Position numbers and translations under genes: made by a program
Part shown: piece after piece, positions 1 through 11,426 of the stretch
Layout: each line of letters begins with the position of its first letter
Position numbering within the stretch: position 1 is the stretch's first letter
IMG/VR virus record: IMGVR_UViG_3300020045_012645
Location: 36,022-100,021 of that record
Length of the DNA: 64,000 nucleotides
Direction: 5' to 3' (one strand)
Source: a virus
The notes under the pieces: model-generated
What the model was told of the DNA's origin: nothing
Databases searched by the model: none
Seen by the model: the letters and a program-made list of their open reading frames with translations, nothing else

Positions 1-3000
1 AAACATATGGTGAACAAATGTCTTCAGAAAGAAGAACTGGTGCATTCCTGCTTAATCTTGCTAGTGTTAACATGGATGCTGCTATGGGTAAAGCAATACT
101 TCTTGGTAATGATCCACTTGCTAAAGTTATCAAAGATACACTAGTTAATTCTGATGATGTTGTTAAAAAAACAATGATTGAGAAAATTGCTAAATCTGTT
201 GGTCTTGATACTGCAAGAGTTGCTGGTGCTATACTTGAAGAAGCTGGTACTGAAGCTACACAAGCTGGAATAGAGAATGTTTCAAAATATTACAATGCAG
301 ACAAAGGTGTTGGTGTTGCAGATGTATTAGAAAATACTGCATACGATATTGGTGGAGCAGCGTTAATGGGTGGAGCAGGTGGTGCTCAAATGAACAGAAC
401 TGGAGAAGTATCTCGAAAATTATTTGATGGAAGTATTGGTAAACTAGTACCAGAGAATTTCATTAACTCAATAAATAAAGATGTTGATACAAAAGTTCAA
501 TATTCATTTACTCCAGATTTACAGTATACAGAAAGACCTGGTTCTGAAAATTTAAGCAAAGATGAAATGGCTTTCGAAGGTAATCAAACAATTAGTGATA
601 TACAAAAATATTCTACAAAAGCTATTGCTGAATCTATGTATAAAGGCAGAGACATCAAAGATGCTAGAGGAAATAGCATAACTCCAGAAGCTGGAATTAG
701 TGGAATAATAGATACCATTAGACATGAAAATTTAGCTAAAAATAAATATGTTGTTGAAGATAGACAAAACAGAATGAATCAAATAAATTCTATTGAAGAT
801 GAATTAATTAGAAATACTGAAAAAGCAAAATATGAAGAATCACTGTATGGTTCTGATCTAATTGACAAAGAGGAATATGTTAAGAATTTTATCAATACAT
901 ATTCTGCAATGACAAAACAACTAAAAGATCCAAAATTCGATGTTAATGGAGATATTAGAAATAAATCTATAGCAAATACTACCAAAGCATTTATCTCTAA
1001 AGCAAATGCAGAACCAGATAGCTATATCAAAGATAGATTATTATCTGAATTCATCAATGGATATATTGCTGAATCCGCTAAGAATACTATATATGGTAAA
1101 GAAGGTGTTGATATTAAACAATTTGGTTCCGTTGGTGAATTATCTAAAGATGTTATGTTTGGAGATAAAGCAGAAGATTATATTAAAAGTCTAAAAGCTG
1201 TAAAACAAGTAGTATTTGGAAGTATGCCTAAAAATAAAGATGGAAATTCTGGAGAACTAGAAAAAGAACTTGATCAAAAAATTAATGCATTTGAAAAAAT
1301 GTATTTTGATTATAAAAATAAATTAAATGAAATGAAATCTAAAAATCCAGATGCTGATTTAACACTATTAAATGCTAAAACAAAAGAAGATGTTAATAGA
1401 GAAATAATGGATGGATCAGGTTTTATATCTAGTATATTTAAACCATTTAAAAAGTCTATTAATGGTCATATGAATATGATTAGAAAAAATGTTAATAATA
1501 TTAGAACAGATAAAACTGGAGCGCTTAGTCAAACTAAATCTATTGATCAAATGTTGACACAAGTTACTAAATTTAATAAATTTGCTGATACAAGAACAGT
1601 TAATAATAGTGATGCATATGCTGATATATTAGAAGCTAGATATGATGGAGTTAGTGATTCAGAACTTGCTCAAATGTTATTCTCAAGAGAAAATGAATTT
1701 AGTAATATTAGAAAAGACGTAGACGCTTCAAATATTAATGTTGACGAATTACCAAATGAACTTAGAAAAAAAAGAGTTCCTGTTTATAGAGTAGGACTTG
1801 ACAGTAAAAAGATGACAAATGAATTGTCTACTGGCGAGATAATGATTAATGAAGCAAAAGCATTTATTAAAAATTTAGAAGAAGCTAGACTTTTATTAGT
1901 TGGTAAAATTTCATTACAACAAGAATTACTTGGTACTGTAAAAAACAATAAAGATAGAAAAGCTATTGAAGAAACTATTGAAAAACTTCAAGAAAAAGTT
2001 GATGAAATTAATGCTACAATAGCTAATCAAGAAAGCAATACAGCAATAATAAATGAACTAAGAACTAAATTATTAACTCCTGAAGTTGTTAAAAACTTAA
2101 AAAGATTATATGCTCAAAGTAAGTTTAAAGAAGAATCTTATTTTGATAAATCAAGAGTACCAGCTATTGCGACTGAAGCAAATGTAGATAATATTTCAAC
2201 AAATAAAGAAAATGGAGATACAAATGGAACAAAAACAACAACAGAAGATACAAACGTTGAATCAGGAAATCAAGAGTCTGAATCAACAATTGTCGAAGGA
2301 AAAAGAGAATCTGAAGCTAGAACAAAAGAAACTGGAAAAGATGGAACTATTGAAGAAAAAATTAGTCCTACAGTTGAAGAATCTAGTAAAATAGATAATA
2401 CCATATCTGGTACTGATGATAAAGTAAATGTAGTACCAGATATAGTTGAAGAAGAAATTGATGTTGATAGCTTAAGTCTTGATGATCAAATTGCTTACTA
2501 TAGAAAACAAGTAAAAGCTATATCTAAAAGTGAAAGAAAAATTGATGTATTAAAATCTGATATAGACTCTAGAGTTAAAAAGGCTAATGCAGTACTTGAT
2601 ATGCTAGATAGTATTCAAAACAGTTCAATTAAACATTCAGAAAATATTACTAAATATGAAAAAAGAATATCAGAAATTGAAACAAAATTATCTGATAAAT
2701 CTAATAAATTAAGTGAAATTGAAAAGTCAGAACTTAAAAAAGAATCTTCTGGTAAAGCAATTGCGTTAGCAGATGAAAAAAGATATTTAGAATCTGAACA
2801 AAAAAATATTAAAAAGTATAATGGAATCAAAAAGTCAAATTCTAAAAAAGTAAAAGAAATTCAAGTCAAACTTGCTAAGTTAAATGAATTCTCTGATAAA
2901 AATTTGAATGATGGTCAAAAACTATTAATTAACAATAAAATTAGAACATTAGAAATTCAACAACATTCTATTAAATGGAAAGATTCTGTTGTTCAAAAAT

Positions 3001-6000
3001 CATTTGAAACAATTAAAGAATTAGAAGGACAACTTGAAAAAGATAGATTATCTAGTACTGATAGTTTTGAACTTAATGAATTAGAATATAAAATTAAAGT
3101 TTCACAAAGAAGATATGCAAATGATAAATTTGTTGATAAAACAATTAGAGATAAAGCCATTGAAATTTGGAAAGAAGATTTAGAAAAAAAATTAGCGATA
3201 GATGCTACTAAAAATATTGATGAAAGTAGAAAAAAATATTTAGTATCATCTAAAATTTCTGAATCAATTAGAATGTTAGAAAATTATGAATATCATAATT
3301 TATTTATAAATGATGTAGTTACTTATACAACTACTGATAAAAAATATCCACTAATTAGAAGTTCAATTAAAAACAATGATGTTGTTGCTGGATATAATTT
3401 ACTTGATGATATGAGAAAAGGAATTGTTAAATTATCTAAAAAAGATAAAGTTTATTCTGCACTATCAAAAGGTATAACTAAAAAAATGGAAGATAGCGAA
3501 GTTGTAGCTAAATTAATTAGCAATTATTTTGCGTTAAAAGGTAATAGCTATACAAACAAAATCAACAAAGAATATCCAATCGGAAGTGAATCTAGAAGTT
3601 CATTTGATGCTAAACTAAGTAACTATTTATTGTATATACACAATTCTTCATTTGTTGATAATGATTTAATTATTAGAGATTCTTCAAATAAATTAAATGC
3701 AGATGGTAGTAAAGTTGGAGAATCTAAATCTCCAGATATTGTTAATTATGAAATTAAACAAGGTAAAGTAATTGCATTAGATAAAGATGGAAATGTAGTT
3801 GATACTAATCAAAGTGTAAACTTATTATCTTTATTATTTGGAAATGAAACTAAAGAAATTAAACTTGGAAAAGATGAATTAAAAGTTAGCCATACTAAAT
3901 TTCCTAAGTATTTTGCTGAAGTTGTTAAGGTTGAATCAATCAAAGAGATCAGTAATATGTATAAAATATTGATTACTAATCCAAATACTGATACTGAAAC
4001 ATTTGATGGTATATGGGGAATTGATCCATCTAGCGATAACGCTGAAGAATTAAGAACTGAAGTTTATGAAAACTATTTATCAAAAGGAATTATTCCTGAA
4101 TCAGTTATTGTTAGAGCATTGGGTCAAAGAATATACAAACAATTGCCTATTACATTTGATAGAAATTTATTAGAAAGATATACAGAAGAAACTATTATAT
4201 CTCAATTAGGAATATATGCTATTGGACAATTTGAGAATGAATCAAATTCTGTTAAAGTAAATATTGAAGACGAAGTTAAAGAATATGGTATTTCAAGATG
4301 GAAAGAGATTAATCCAGTAAATAAAAAACTTGAAACACAAATGATTAAAATTGGCGATAAAACTATGAATGCTATTCAACTTCCTATGAATGAGCAAGCT
4401 ATGAAATTATTAGTTGATTTATCTGAAACTCTTGATTATTTATCTGTTTCTGAAGATAGAAAAACTCCTAGTTTTGAACCAATAACAAGAGTACCAGATA
4501 CAATTAAACATAAGAAAACTAAGTTATCTGATACTGCAATTGAAACTATTAAAGATTATCAAAGTATTGCATATAAATTTGAAGATAATATTACTGAAAT
4601 GTACAATCTATGGAAAGATGATAATACTAGAAAACTATCTTATATGTATGCTGGTATAGATACTCCAATGATTGAAAAAATGACAAGTAGTGAAATAGAA
4701 AAAGCATTGACTAAAAATAGAAATGAAAGACTTGAATTAGACTCATTAATGAAGTTCTATGAAGAAGCTGGTACTGATAAAGAATTTTATTTACCATGGG
4801 ACTTTGTTACATCTGGAAGATATATGGTTAGTTCAAACATAAATCCTCAAGGTAGTAAAATTACTAGATTTTTAGTTAGTACAGAAGGTACTAGAACAGA
4901 TATAACATTAAAAGCTAGAGATGGTGTTGTATCAATTGATGATAAACAATTAGGAATGATTAAAAGATCACTTGCTCAATCGTTAGATTATGGATTAGAT
5001 AAAGACTTGGACTTATTTGTTATAGACAAGATGGAAAAAGATATCAAAATAAGCGATGACCTTATTGTAACATTTGGAACTAGTCCAAAAGCTAAAGTAA
5101 TTAGTGATGCATTTAATTATTTCAAAGAAATCATTTTATCTGGTACTGATGGTAAAGCGTTATCTGAGTTAACAGAAGGTGCTAAACTTGTTGAGAAATT
5201 AACTTTAAAAGGTATTTCAGAAGAACCAGAATTTGAAGGATTTCATGCTGTACAAACTATTAGAGAGTTGGCTAAGTTAAGCATTAAAGCTGATGAATTG
5301 AAAGAAGCATCATTGAGTGTTGGTTCTGAGAAAATTAACCATGAAGAATCTGTAGGCACTCATTTTGTTATAGAAGCCGATGGTATTACATCTGGAATGA
5401 TGATTACGCTTGCTCAAATTATGAGTGATGATGCAATTGCATTATTTGAAAAAGGTGGTATTTATACTGAAGAATCTGTTGAATTTTGGAATGAAATCAC
5501 TCAGGCATTTGAAAAAGCTGGATTAATTAAAACTGAACATTTAGCTGATCTAAAACAAGAAGATGGTTCATATAAAATTACTCATGGATTATTGAATAGA
5601 ATTGGTAAAGTAATTTCAGATAAAAATAATAAAGAAAAAGTTGATTCAGTATTTGAAAAAGACGAGAATGATACAAGAAGAACCAGAGCTGGCTTCAAAG
5701 ACTTCTATAATACTATAGCTTCATCTGTTACTAAAGATTTACCAGCAATTAGAAAAGCATTAGAAAAAGATTATTCTAAAAAATTAGATAAATATAACAA
5801 TATGGAAGATGGATTTGAAAAAGACAATTTTTATAAGTATGTAAATCAAGCATATTTGTCTGTAGCGTTGATTGATGTTGTTGGTGCAGAAATTAGTAGG
5901 TCAATGGCTAAAGATCCTGTAATGGTGTTCATATACGGTTCTAGTACAGGAAGTATCAAGAATAAAATTTTACAAAACTTAGTTAAATCTACAATTGAGA

Positions 6001-7553
6001 AAAAGATTAAAAAATTATCAGATGAAGCCAATGCTTCTAAAAGTGGATTTATTAAAGTTGATGAAACATTCGTAAATGTACTTAATGCTATGAATATTCA
6101 ATTAAATAAAACTCAAGGATTATATGGTGTTGCAACTATTCCTAATACTTCAAAAGTCGTAGACTATACAAGAAATATAAATGGAGACATAGATGAAAGT
6201 GTTGTTAAGAATCTAGAACCAGATGTATATGATGGATACGATGGATATGTAAAAATTAATATTAGAGATTTACATAAAGTAAAAATAGATGGATCTATGC
6301 TATCTGATATTGCTATACCATCTTTAAATTCATATGGTGCTGCATTTGAGAAAGCATTTGATGATAATTTTGCCTTTATTGGTGAATATAGAGATTCTAT
6401 CAAAGCACTTGAAGTTGTTAGATTTGAAATATTTGATTTTAAATTTAAAGAAAAAGTTACTTCATTAATTAAAGATAGAAGTACTTCAGATTTTGCTTAC
6501 AATCCAACAAATGAAGAACTTGATGTAATCCTTCAAGAATTAATAAACGAAGGTTTTGGACATGTTATTAAAGATATAAATGGTGGTTATCATTCATTTG
6601 AGAAATCACAAGTTGAAGATTCTATGAATAGAACAAGTTTAAGAACTCACAATGAAAATAATTTAAGAGATGACAGTACAACATCTGCATCAATTGACAT
6701 TAGAAAAGAAGTTGTAAATACAGGAGCAGCTCCAGTTACAAGTATTCATAATCAAGATGGATGGCAAGTTAGATATGCTACATTAAAAACTGGTATTCAA
6801 AATGTATTCGATGCTATTATATCTGGACTAGACAATCACGAAGATGGAACATACTTGTACAATGAAGGATTTAGCAAAGCAAATACTAAACATTCAATTT
6901 TACAAAGTCAATTAGTTGATATGGAAAATATTTTAGATAAACTTGGCTCAGATGGAATTGCTGAGTTATTATCTGGTATTGATGCTTCATCTTCTATAAA
7001 GATATTAGATGTATTTGAAAAAATGACTAAACCATTGGTTAATAAAATGGCAGAAGAAAATTCTGAAAGCAAAAATGGATTTGCAATAGCAGAAGCTAAA
7101 AAAGACATTACTAAACTTGACGCTCTTAGAAGATTTGCAAAAGACACAACTGTGTCATCAAATGAAATACTTGCTTCATTAAATAAAAAAGTAGATAATG
7201 TTGCAATTGCTCACTTGTATGCAATAGATACTGGTAAGCAATTCTCTGGTACTCTTGGTGGATTCAAAGATATGAAAGTAGATACTACTAGAATCTTTAA
7301 TTTTTATAATGATATAATCTATAAAGCAATAAGTATGCTAGATCAAGATTTAGTAGCTGAAGAAACTAATACTAAAACTGGTTTTGGTTATGTAGTTGAA
7401 AATTCATTACTTGGTGATTCTGCTGAAGTAAAAGCAACTAGAAAAAAACTATACAATGAAGCTTACTACAACGCAATAAATCTTGGACTTAAGCCAGATC
7501 AAGTTGATGAAATAATGAAAATAGTAGAAGATCTTATGGATTGTAAACCATAG
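1..7553 (+). CDS. N4-like giant virion-encapsidated RNA polymerase (5'-truncated by window edge)
   Basis: Frame is open back to the window start. Single-subunit RNAP motifs in order: TSGR, motif A FVIEADGITSG, motif B RSMAKDPVMVFIYG (Rx3Kx7YG), motif C QNVFDAI. >2500 aa and nearly Cys-free, like N4 vRNAP. Confidence 0.92.
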   Translation, partial: TYGEQMSSERRTGAFLLNLASVNMDAAMGKAILLGNDPLAKVIKDTLVNSDDVVKKTMIEKIAKSVGLDTARVAGAILEEAGTEATQAGIENVSKYYNADKGVGVADVLENTAYDIGGAALMGGAGGAQMNRTGEVSRKLFDGSIGKLVPENFINSINKDVDTKVQYSFTPDLQYTERPGSENLSKDEMAFEGNQTISDIQKYSTKAIAESMYKGRDIKDARGNSITPEAGISGIIDTIRHENLAKNKYVVEDRQNRMNQINSIEDELIRNTEKAKYEESLYGSDLIDKEEYVKNFINTYSAMTKQLKDPKFDVNGDIRNKSIANTTKAFISKANAEPDSYIKDRLLSEFINGYIAESAKNTIYGKEGVDIKQFGSVGELSKDVMFGDKAEDYIKSLKAVKQVVFGSMPKNKDGNSGELEKELDQKINAFEKMYFDYKNKLNEMKSKNPDADLTLLNAKTKEDVNREIMDGSGFISSIFKPFKKSINGHMNMIRKNVNNIRTDKTGALSQTKSIDQMLTQVTKFNKFADTRTVNNSDAYADILEARYDGVSDSELAQMLFSRENEFSNIRKDVDASNINVDELPNELRKKRVPVYRVGLDSKKMTNELSTGEIMINEAKAFIKNLEEARLLLVGKISLQQELLGTVKNNKDRKAIEETIEKLQEKVDEINATIANQESNTAIINELRTKLLTPEVVKNLKRLYAQSKFKEESYFDKSRVPAIATEANVDNISTNKENGDTNGTKTTTEDTNVESGNQESESTIVEGKRESEARTKETGKDGTIEEKISPTVEESSKIDNTISGTDDKVNVVPDIVEEEIDVDSLSLDDQIAYYRKQVKAISKSERKIDVLKSDIDSRVKKANAVLDMLDSIQNSSIKHSENITKYEKRISEIETKLSDKSNKLSEIEKSELKKESSGKAIALADEKRYLESEQKNIKKYNGIKKSNSKKVKEIQVKLAKLNEFSDKNLNDGQKLLINNKIRTLEIQQHSIKWKDSVVQKSFETIKELEGQLEKDRLSSTDSFELNELEYKIKVSQRRYANDKFVDKTIRDKAIEIWKEDLEKKLAIDATKNIDESRKKYLVSSKISESIRMLENYEYHNLFINDVVTYTTTDKKYPLIRSSIKNNDVVAGYNLLDDMRKGIVKLSKKDKVYSALSKGITKKMEDSEVVAKLISNYFALKGNSYTNKINKEYPIGSESRSSFDAKLSNYLLYIHNSSFVDNDLIIRDSSNKLNADGSKVGESKSPDIVNYEIKQGKVIALDKDGNVVDTNQSVNLLSLLFGNETKEIKLGKDELKVSHTKFPKYFAEVVKVESIKEISNMYKILITNPNTDTETFDGIWGIDPSSDNAEELRTEVYENYLSKGIIPESVIVRALGQRIYKQLPITFDRNLLERYTEETIISQLGIYAIGQFENESNSVKVNIEDEVKEYGISRWKEINPVNKKLETQMIKIGDKTMNAIQLPMNEQAMKLLVDLSETLDYLSVSEDRKTPSFEPITRVPDTIKHKKTKLSDTAIETIKDYQSIAYKFEDNITEMYNLWKDDNTRKLSYMYAGIDTPMIEKMTSSEIEKALTKNRNERLELDSLMKFYEEAGTDKEFYLPWDFVTSGRYMVSSNINPQGSKITRFLVSTEGTRTDITLKARDGVVSIDDKQLGMIKRSLAQSLDYGLDKDLDLFVIDKMEKDIKISDDLIVTFGTSPKAKVISDAFNYFKEIILSGTDGKALSELTEGAKLVEKLTLKGISEEPEFEGFHAVQTIRELAKLSIKADELKEASLSVGSEKINHEESVGTHFVIEADGITSGMMITLAQIMSDDAIALFEKGGIYTEESVEFWNEITQAFEKAGLIKTEHLADLKQEDGSYKITHGLLNRIGKVISDKNNKEKVDSVFEKDENDTRRTRAGFKDFYNTIASSVTKDLPAIRKALEKDYSKKLDKYNNMEDGFEKDNFYKYVNQAYLSVALIDVVGAEISRSMAKDPVMVFIYGSSTGSIKNKILQNLVKSTIEKKIKKLSDEANASKSGFIKVDETFVNVLNAMNIQLNKTQGLYGVATIPNTSKVVDYTRNINGDIDESVVKNLEPDVYDGYDGYVKINIRDLHKVKIDGSMLSDIAIPSLNSYGAAFEKAFDDNFAFIGEYRDSIKALEVVRFEIFDFKFKEKVTSLIKDRSTSDFAYNPTNEELDVILQELINEGFGHVIKDINGGYHSFEKSQVEDSMNRTSLRTHNENNLRDDSTTSASIDIRKEVVNTGAAPVTSIHNQDGWQVRYATLKTGIQNVFDAIISGLDNHEDGTYLYNEGFSKANTKHSILQSQLVDMENILDKLGSDGIAELLSGIDASSSIKILDVFEKMTKPLVNKMAEENSESKNGFAIAEAKKDITKLDALRRFAKDTTVSSNEILASLNKKVDNVAIAHLYAIDTGKQFSGTLGGFKDMKVDTTRIFNFYNDIIYKAISMLDQDLVAEETNTKTGFGYVVENSLLGDSAEVKATRKKLYNEAYYNAINLGLKPDQVDEIMKIVEDLMDCKP

Positions 7554-7582
7554 GATCTTATTTTAAATAAAAAAGGAATCTT

Positions 7583-10500
7583 ATGGGATGTAATGTTGAA
7601 AAAGCAAAAGTTAAAATAGCAGATATAATTAATTCAGGAATTAAAAATAATAGTGTATCGAGTTCTGAAAAAGCTATGAAGCAATCAGAACAATTTGCAG
7701 ATATTCTTGACAAAATTAAATCAAATTATGTTTTAAACAAAGATGTAAAAGAAAATGCTAATTCAAATATTACTGAACAATTAGTACCAGCTGAAGAAAA
7801 AGTTCCTGCTGAAAAAGAAACTAAAGGTTCTATGGATAGTAAAACAACTGAGAATATTGATATTATATCTACTGATGTTACAAAGATAAATATTAAAGAT
7901 GAATTACTTGGATTTGTTGCAGCTGGTGCTTCAAAACATGACAAAAATGTTGATATGGATTTCTTTGGAAGTTTTATTGAAACAATTAAAAAAGTATCTG
8001 CTAATTTAGAGAAATATGGATTAGACAAGAATATTGAATTTAGACAACATAAGATGGCTACAGATAGATATACTCGAGGAACATATACGTTTGGTGAAGA
8101 TGTTGCCAAAGACAACAGTCATCTCTCTGGCTCTGATAATGGATACATGTTTGAAATAGATGGTGGAGTTGTAGATATTTATTATGGTAAAGGATTCTAT
8201 AATGAAACTGAAGATGGAATTGTTCAAAATGAATTAAGACAAGATATTTCGTTAAGTACAAATACTGAGTTAATTATGCATGAGATTCTTCACTCAATGA
8301 TCGAGAAAGCATACGATCAAGATAAAGCATTGAATAGAGCATTGTTCTTATTGAAAGAACAAGTTATGAAAAAGATTTCATACAAAGATTTATTAGGAAA
8401 AGATGAAAGTGAAGCTACAAATGCTGAGATTCAATTAGCTAAAGATATATATGCTTATATGCATAATCCAACTGAGTTTTTAGCTTATGCTGCTACTAAT
8501 CAGAATGTGTTTCTTGCAATAAAAGATTTGACGATATCTAATACTTTAATTGGAAAATTTGAAGCTAAGCGTGGAGATACAATTGGTAAATTCAAACAGT
8601 TTTTAAATAAATTTATTGATGCTATAAATAAAGTATATACAGCTTTAACAACTGGTGAAAGTGCTAAGATTGAGTTTGATAAAATATTAAATGGACTTAT
8701 TGAAGTAAATACTAAAATTGAAATTGGTGCATTAGATATTAAAATGCAAAAAGAATTTAAACCATATGCTGCGTTTGGAGTTGGTGAAAAATTCAAGAAA
8801 ACAAATGACTGGATGCTTGAAGCTGAAAAAGGTACATTTAGTAAATTAAAAGATGTATGGTCTGCAGATAGTGTTAGAAACAAAGCTGAAGGAGCTGGTA
8901 GATTTATTGAGTCAATTGGTGATTGGAGAGGACTTCAATGGCTTAGAGATACAAGACTAATATCTGATTTAGTTACTGACATGGTTGAAGATACTACTTC
9001 TGATGGAGTTGCTTGGTTTTATGAATCTGTGCGTCATATCAAGGGTACCAGAGAGAAGGATAAGCTAGACTTTTCTTCAGTTATGAAAAAGAAAGTTGGA
9101 GCTGAATTTGGTGAGTTTAGCAAAGAAGAAAGATCTGCTGTTACATTTATGCTACAAGGAGACTGGAAAGCTCTTGGAGTTAGTTTATCTGAATATAAAG
9201 ATATGTTAACTGACGAATCAAAAGTTGAAGCTAGGATTTCTGACCTTAAGAACCAGATAAAGCATCCTGAATATATCAATCAATCTGCTATGCTTGGATA
9301 CTATTTGGTTAATGGAGAAGCGAAAGGTTCTGCTACTATGAAAAGTGCATATCAAATTGTGCATAGATTTCATACTGGAAAAGAATCATCTCCATTACAA
9401 AGTGATATAGATACTGATTCAATGATTAAATTGGTTGATGAATTGTCTTCATTGTATGCGATTAAATATACTGAAAAAAGTATTAAAGATAATATTGTAA
9501 GAGCTATAGAAAGAGATGCTGATGTTGTTAGTTTTGGAAGTGATACATACTATGCTTACAGATTAAAAGAGCAAAACGGACAACTTGCTATGTTTGGCAA
9601 ATATATGGATAAAGGATATGTTAGAAAATCTGGTACTGTTGACATGAAATTTGATATTATTCCAGAAAGTAAATTAATTAGAAATAGTAAAATATCTGCA
9701 TTAAATCATAAAATTATTAGAGAACTTCCTGAAGTTCAAAACAATATGCATGATGCTGGATTAAATGATTCATTTGAAAAATATTATCTTGTTGTTGAAA
9801 GAGATAGGGATCCAGCTAGAACTCAAGGTGTTCTTGATGATATATCTATTATTGAGCAAGGACAAGAGCTTGCTTCATTTACTGCTGGTAAAGAAATTGA
9901 CTATGCTGACATGAAAAACTATACAATTAGAAGATTTGGTGCACATGAGAAAACATATTTAAATAAACCAATAGATGATAGTATTGAAGCCATGAGAGAT
10001 AGAAAAAGCTATAGCATATCAAATATAGATATTAATGGAAATATTGTTGGATATGCAGAACCAGTTAGTGAAGCTGATAAAATTAATTATGGAAGAATTA
10101 ACAATGATATTGCCGATGTTATTGGAAATACTGCATCGCATATTCAATCTAAAGAAAAAGCATTATTAAATAATCAAAATTTTATTGAATTATTAATAGC
10201 TGATAGCAATAATAATATTGGAACACCTGGTTATGTATTTATCAGTTCAGATTCAAAAGAAATTGAATTACAAAAATACTGGGCAATGATTCCTGATTAT
10301 AGTAGATCATTTATTGAGCATGAAACTGCCGTTAAAGGATTATGGGTTAAAAGAAGTAGGATTAATAATATCGTTGGATATAAAGATGTTAGTATAAGTA
10401 ATATGAAATTGTTTGGATTAAAACTTGAAGATTATCCTCAATGGCAAAAAGCTATTAAGATAGTTGAACATACTTGGAAAGAAATTGCTAGTTCATATAA

Positions 10501-11386
10501 AGAGATAATCGTTAAGCTTATGCCAAATGTTATATTATCAAATGCTACAAGTAATATGTTTGTTGCAATGAGACATGGAATTGGACCTATGGAATATGCT
10601 AAATCATTTAGAAAATCTTGGTCTGAATTGAGTGAATATATTGAATTGAATGAAGAATTAGTTAGTTTAAAAATTGATAGAGATATTGGTAAAAAAGGAT
10701 TAAGTCCTAAAATAGCTGAACTTGAAAAAAGGCTAGAACGAAATGGAATGCATCCATTAATTAAAGATGGACAGTTTTCTATGATATTTGAAGACTTAGA
10801 TAAAGATTTAATTGGAAAAACTACACATTTAAAAGATGTAGTTAGTTCTAGAATTGAAAAAACATTTGGTAAAAATGTTGCAGATAATCTTGAAGAATTT
10901 AGACAAAATGTTTATGTTACTAAAGACACAAGGGGCCATCAAGCTATTGAAAAGTTAACATTATTCAATGATATTATTAATAAAAAAATAATTATGGATA
11001 AAATGATGCAAGATATTAATGAAATTAATTTTGCTACTACAGAAGCCAGAGAAGCTGCTGAGATAGATGTTCTTAATTATCTTGATCAATTATTCGTAAA
11101 CTATTCTTACTTGACTAATAAGTATGTTAAATGGGCTTCAGATACTAATACAATACTGTTTATTAAATATTTTTTAAGAGCTGGGAAAGCATCTTTGAAT
11201 ATGATGCGAAGAATGCCACTTGGTTCAACTATTGCAGAAGCATTGGATTCATTTGTAATGAATGTTCCAGATCCTATTGACCAATATATGAGTCCAATTA
11301 GTACATTAAGTGGAAAAGTTGGATTAAGTCCAGTTGATATGCTAAGCGAGATATTATTCCCTAGAATCATTACTGTTATGCCATGA
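7583..11386 (+). CDS. Large virion/ejection protein with zincin-like HExxH; possibly the split C-terminal domain of vRNAP
   Basis: 1267 aa, 29 bp after vRNAP with AAGGA RBS; LIMHEILHS and downstream EFLAYAATN; single Cys at residue 3. Confidence 0.6.
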   Translation: MGCNVEKAKVKIADIINSGIKNNSVSSSEKAMKQSEQFADILDKIKSNYVLNKDVKENANSNITEQLVPAEEKVPAEKETKGSMDSKTTENIDIISTDVTKINIKDELLGFVAAGASKHDKNVDMDFFGSFIETIKKVSANLEKYGLDKNIEFRQHKMATDRYTRGTYTFGEDVAKDNSHLSGSDNGYMFEIDGGVVDIYYGKGFYNETEDGIVQNELRQDISLSTNTELIMHEILHSMIEKAYDQDKALNRALFLLKEQVMKKISYKDLLGKDESEATNAEIQLAKDIYAYMHNPTEFLAYAATNQNVFLAIKDLTISNTLIGKFEAKRGDTIGKFKQFLNKFIDAINKVYTALTTGESAKIEFDKILNGLIEVNTKIEIGALDIKMQKEFKPYAAFGVGEKFKKTNDWMLEAEKGTFSKLKDVWSADSVRNKAEGAGRFIESIGDWRGLQWLRDTRLISDLVTDMVEDTTSDGVAWFYESVRHIKGTREKDKLDFSSVMKKKVGAEFGEFSKEERSAVTFMLQGDWKALGVSLSEYKDMLTDESKVEARISDLKNQIKHPEYINQSAMLGYYLVNGEAKGSATMKSAYQIVHRFHTGKESSPLQSDIDTDSMIKLVDELSSLYAIKYTEKSIKDNIVRAIERDADVVSFGSDTYYAYRLKEQNGQLAMFGKYMDKGYVRKSGTVDMKFDIIPESKLIRNSKISALNHKIIRELPEVQNNMHDAGLNDSFEKYYLVVERDRDPARTQGVLDDISIIEQGQELASFTAGKEIDYADMKNYTIRRFGAHEKTYLNKPIDDSIEAMRDRKSYSISNIDINGNIVGYAEPVSEADKINYGRINNDIADVIGNTASHIQSKEKALLNNQNFIELLIADSNNNIGTPGYVFISSDSKEIELQKYWAMIPDYSRSFIEHETAVKGLWVKRSRINNIVGYKDVSISNMKLFGLKLEDYPQWQKAIKIVEHTWKEIASSYKEIIVKLMPNVILSNATSNMFVAMRHGIGPMEYAKSFRKSWSELSEYIELNEELVSLKIDRDIGKKGLSPKIAELEKRLERNGMHPLIKDGQFSMIFEDLDKDLIGKTTHLKDVVSSRIEKTFGKNVADNLEEFRQNVYVTKDTRGHQAIEKLTLFNDIINKKIIMDKMMQDINEINFATTEAREAAEIDVLNYLDQLFVNYSYLTNKYVKWASDTNTILFIKYFLRAGKASLNMMRRMPLGSTIAEALDSFVMNVPDPIDQYMSPISTLSGKVGLSPVDMLSEILFPRIITVMP

Positions 11387-11400
11387 TATTCTTCAATCAT

Positions 11401-11422
11401 AAGTACCAGCTAACTGGTACTT
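11401..11422. terminator. Hairpin at the convergence of the + and - gene blocks, built from two inverted copies of the AGTACCAG motif
   Basis: AAGTACCAG-ctaa-CTGGTACTT between stop codons at 11386 (+) and 11427 (-). Confidence 0.6.
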
Positions 11423-11426
11423 CATG

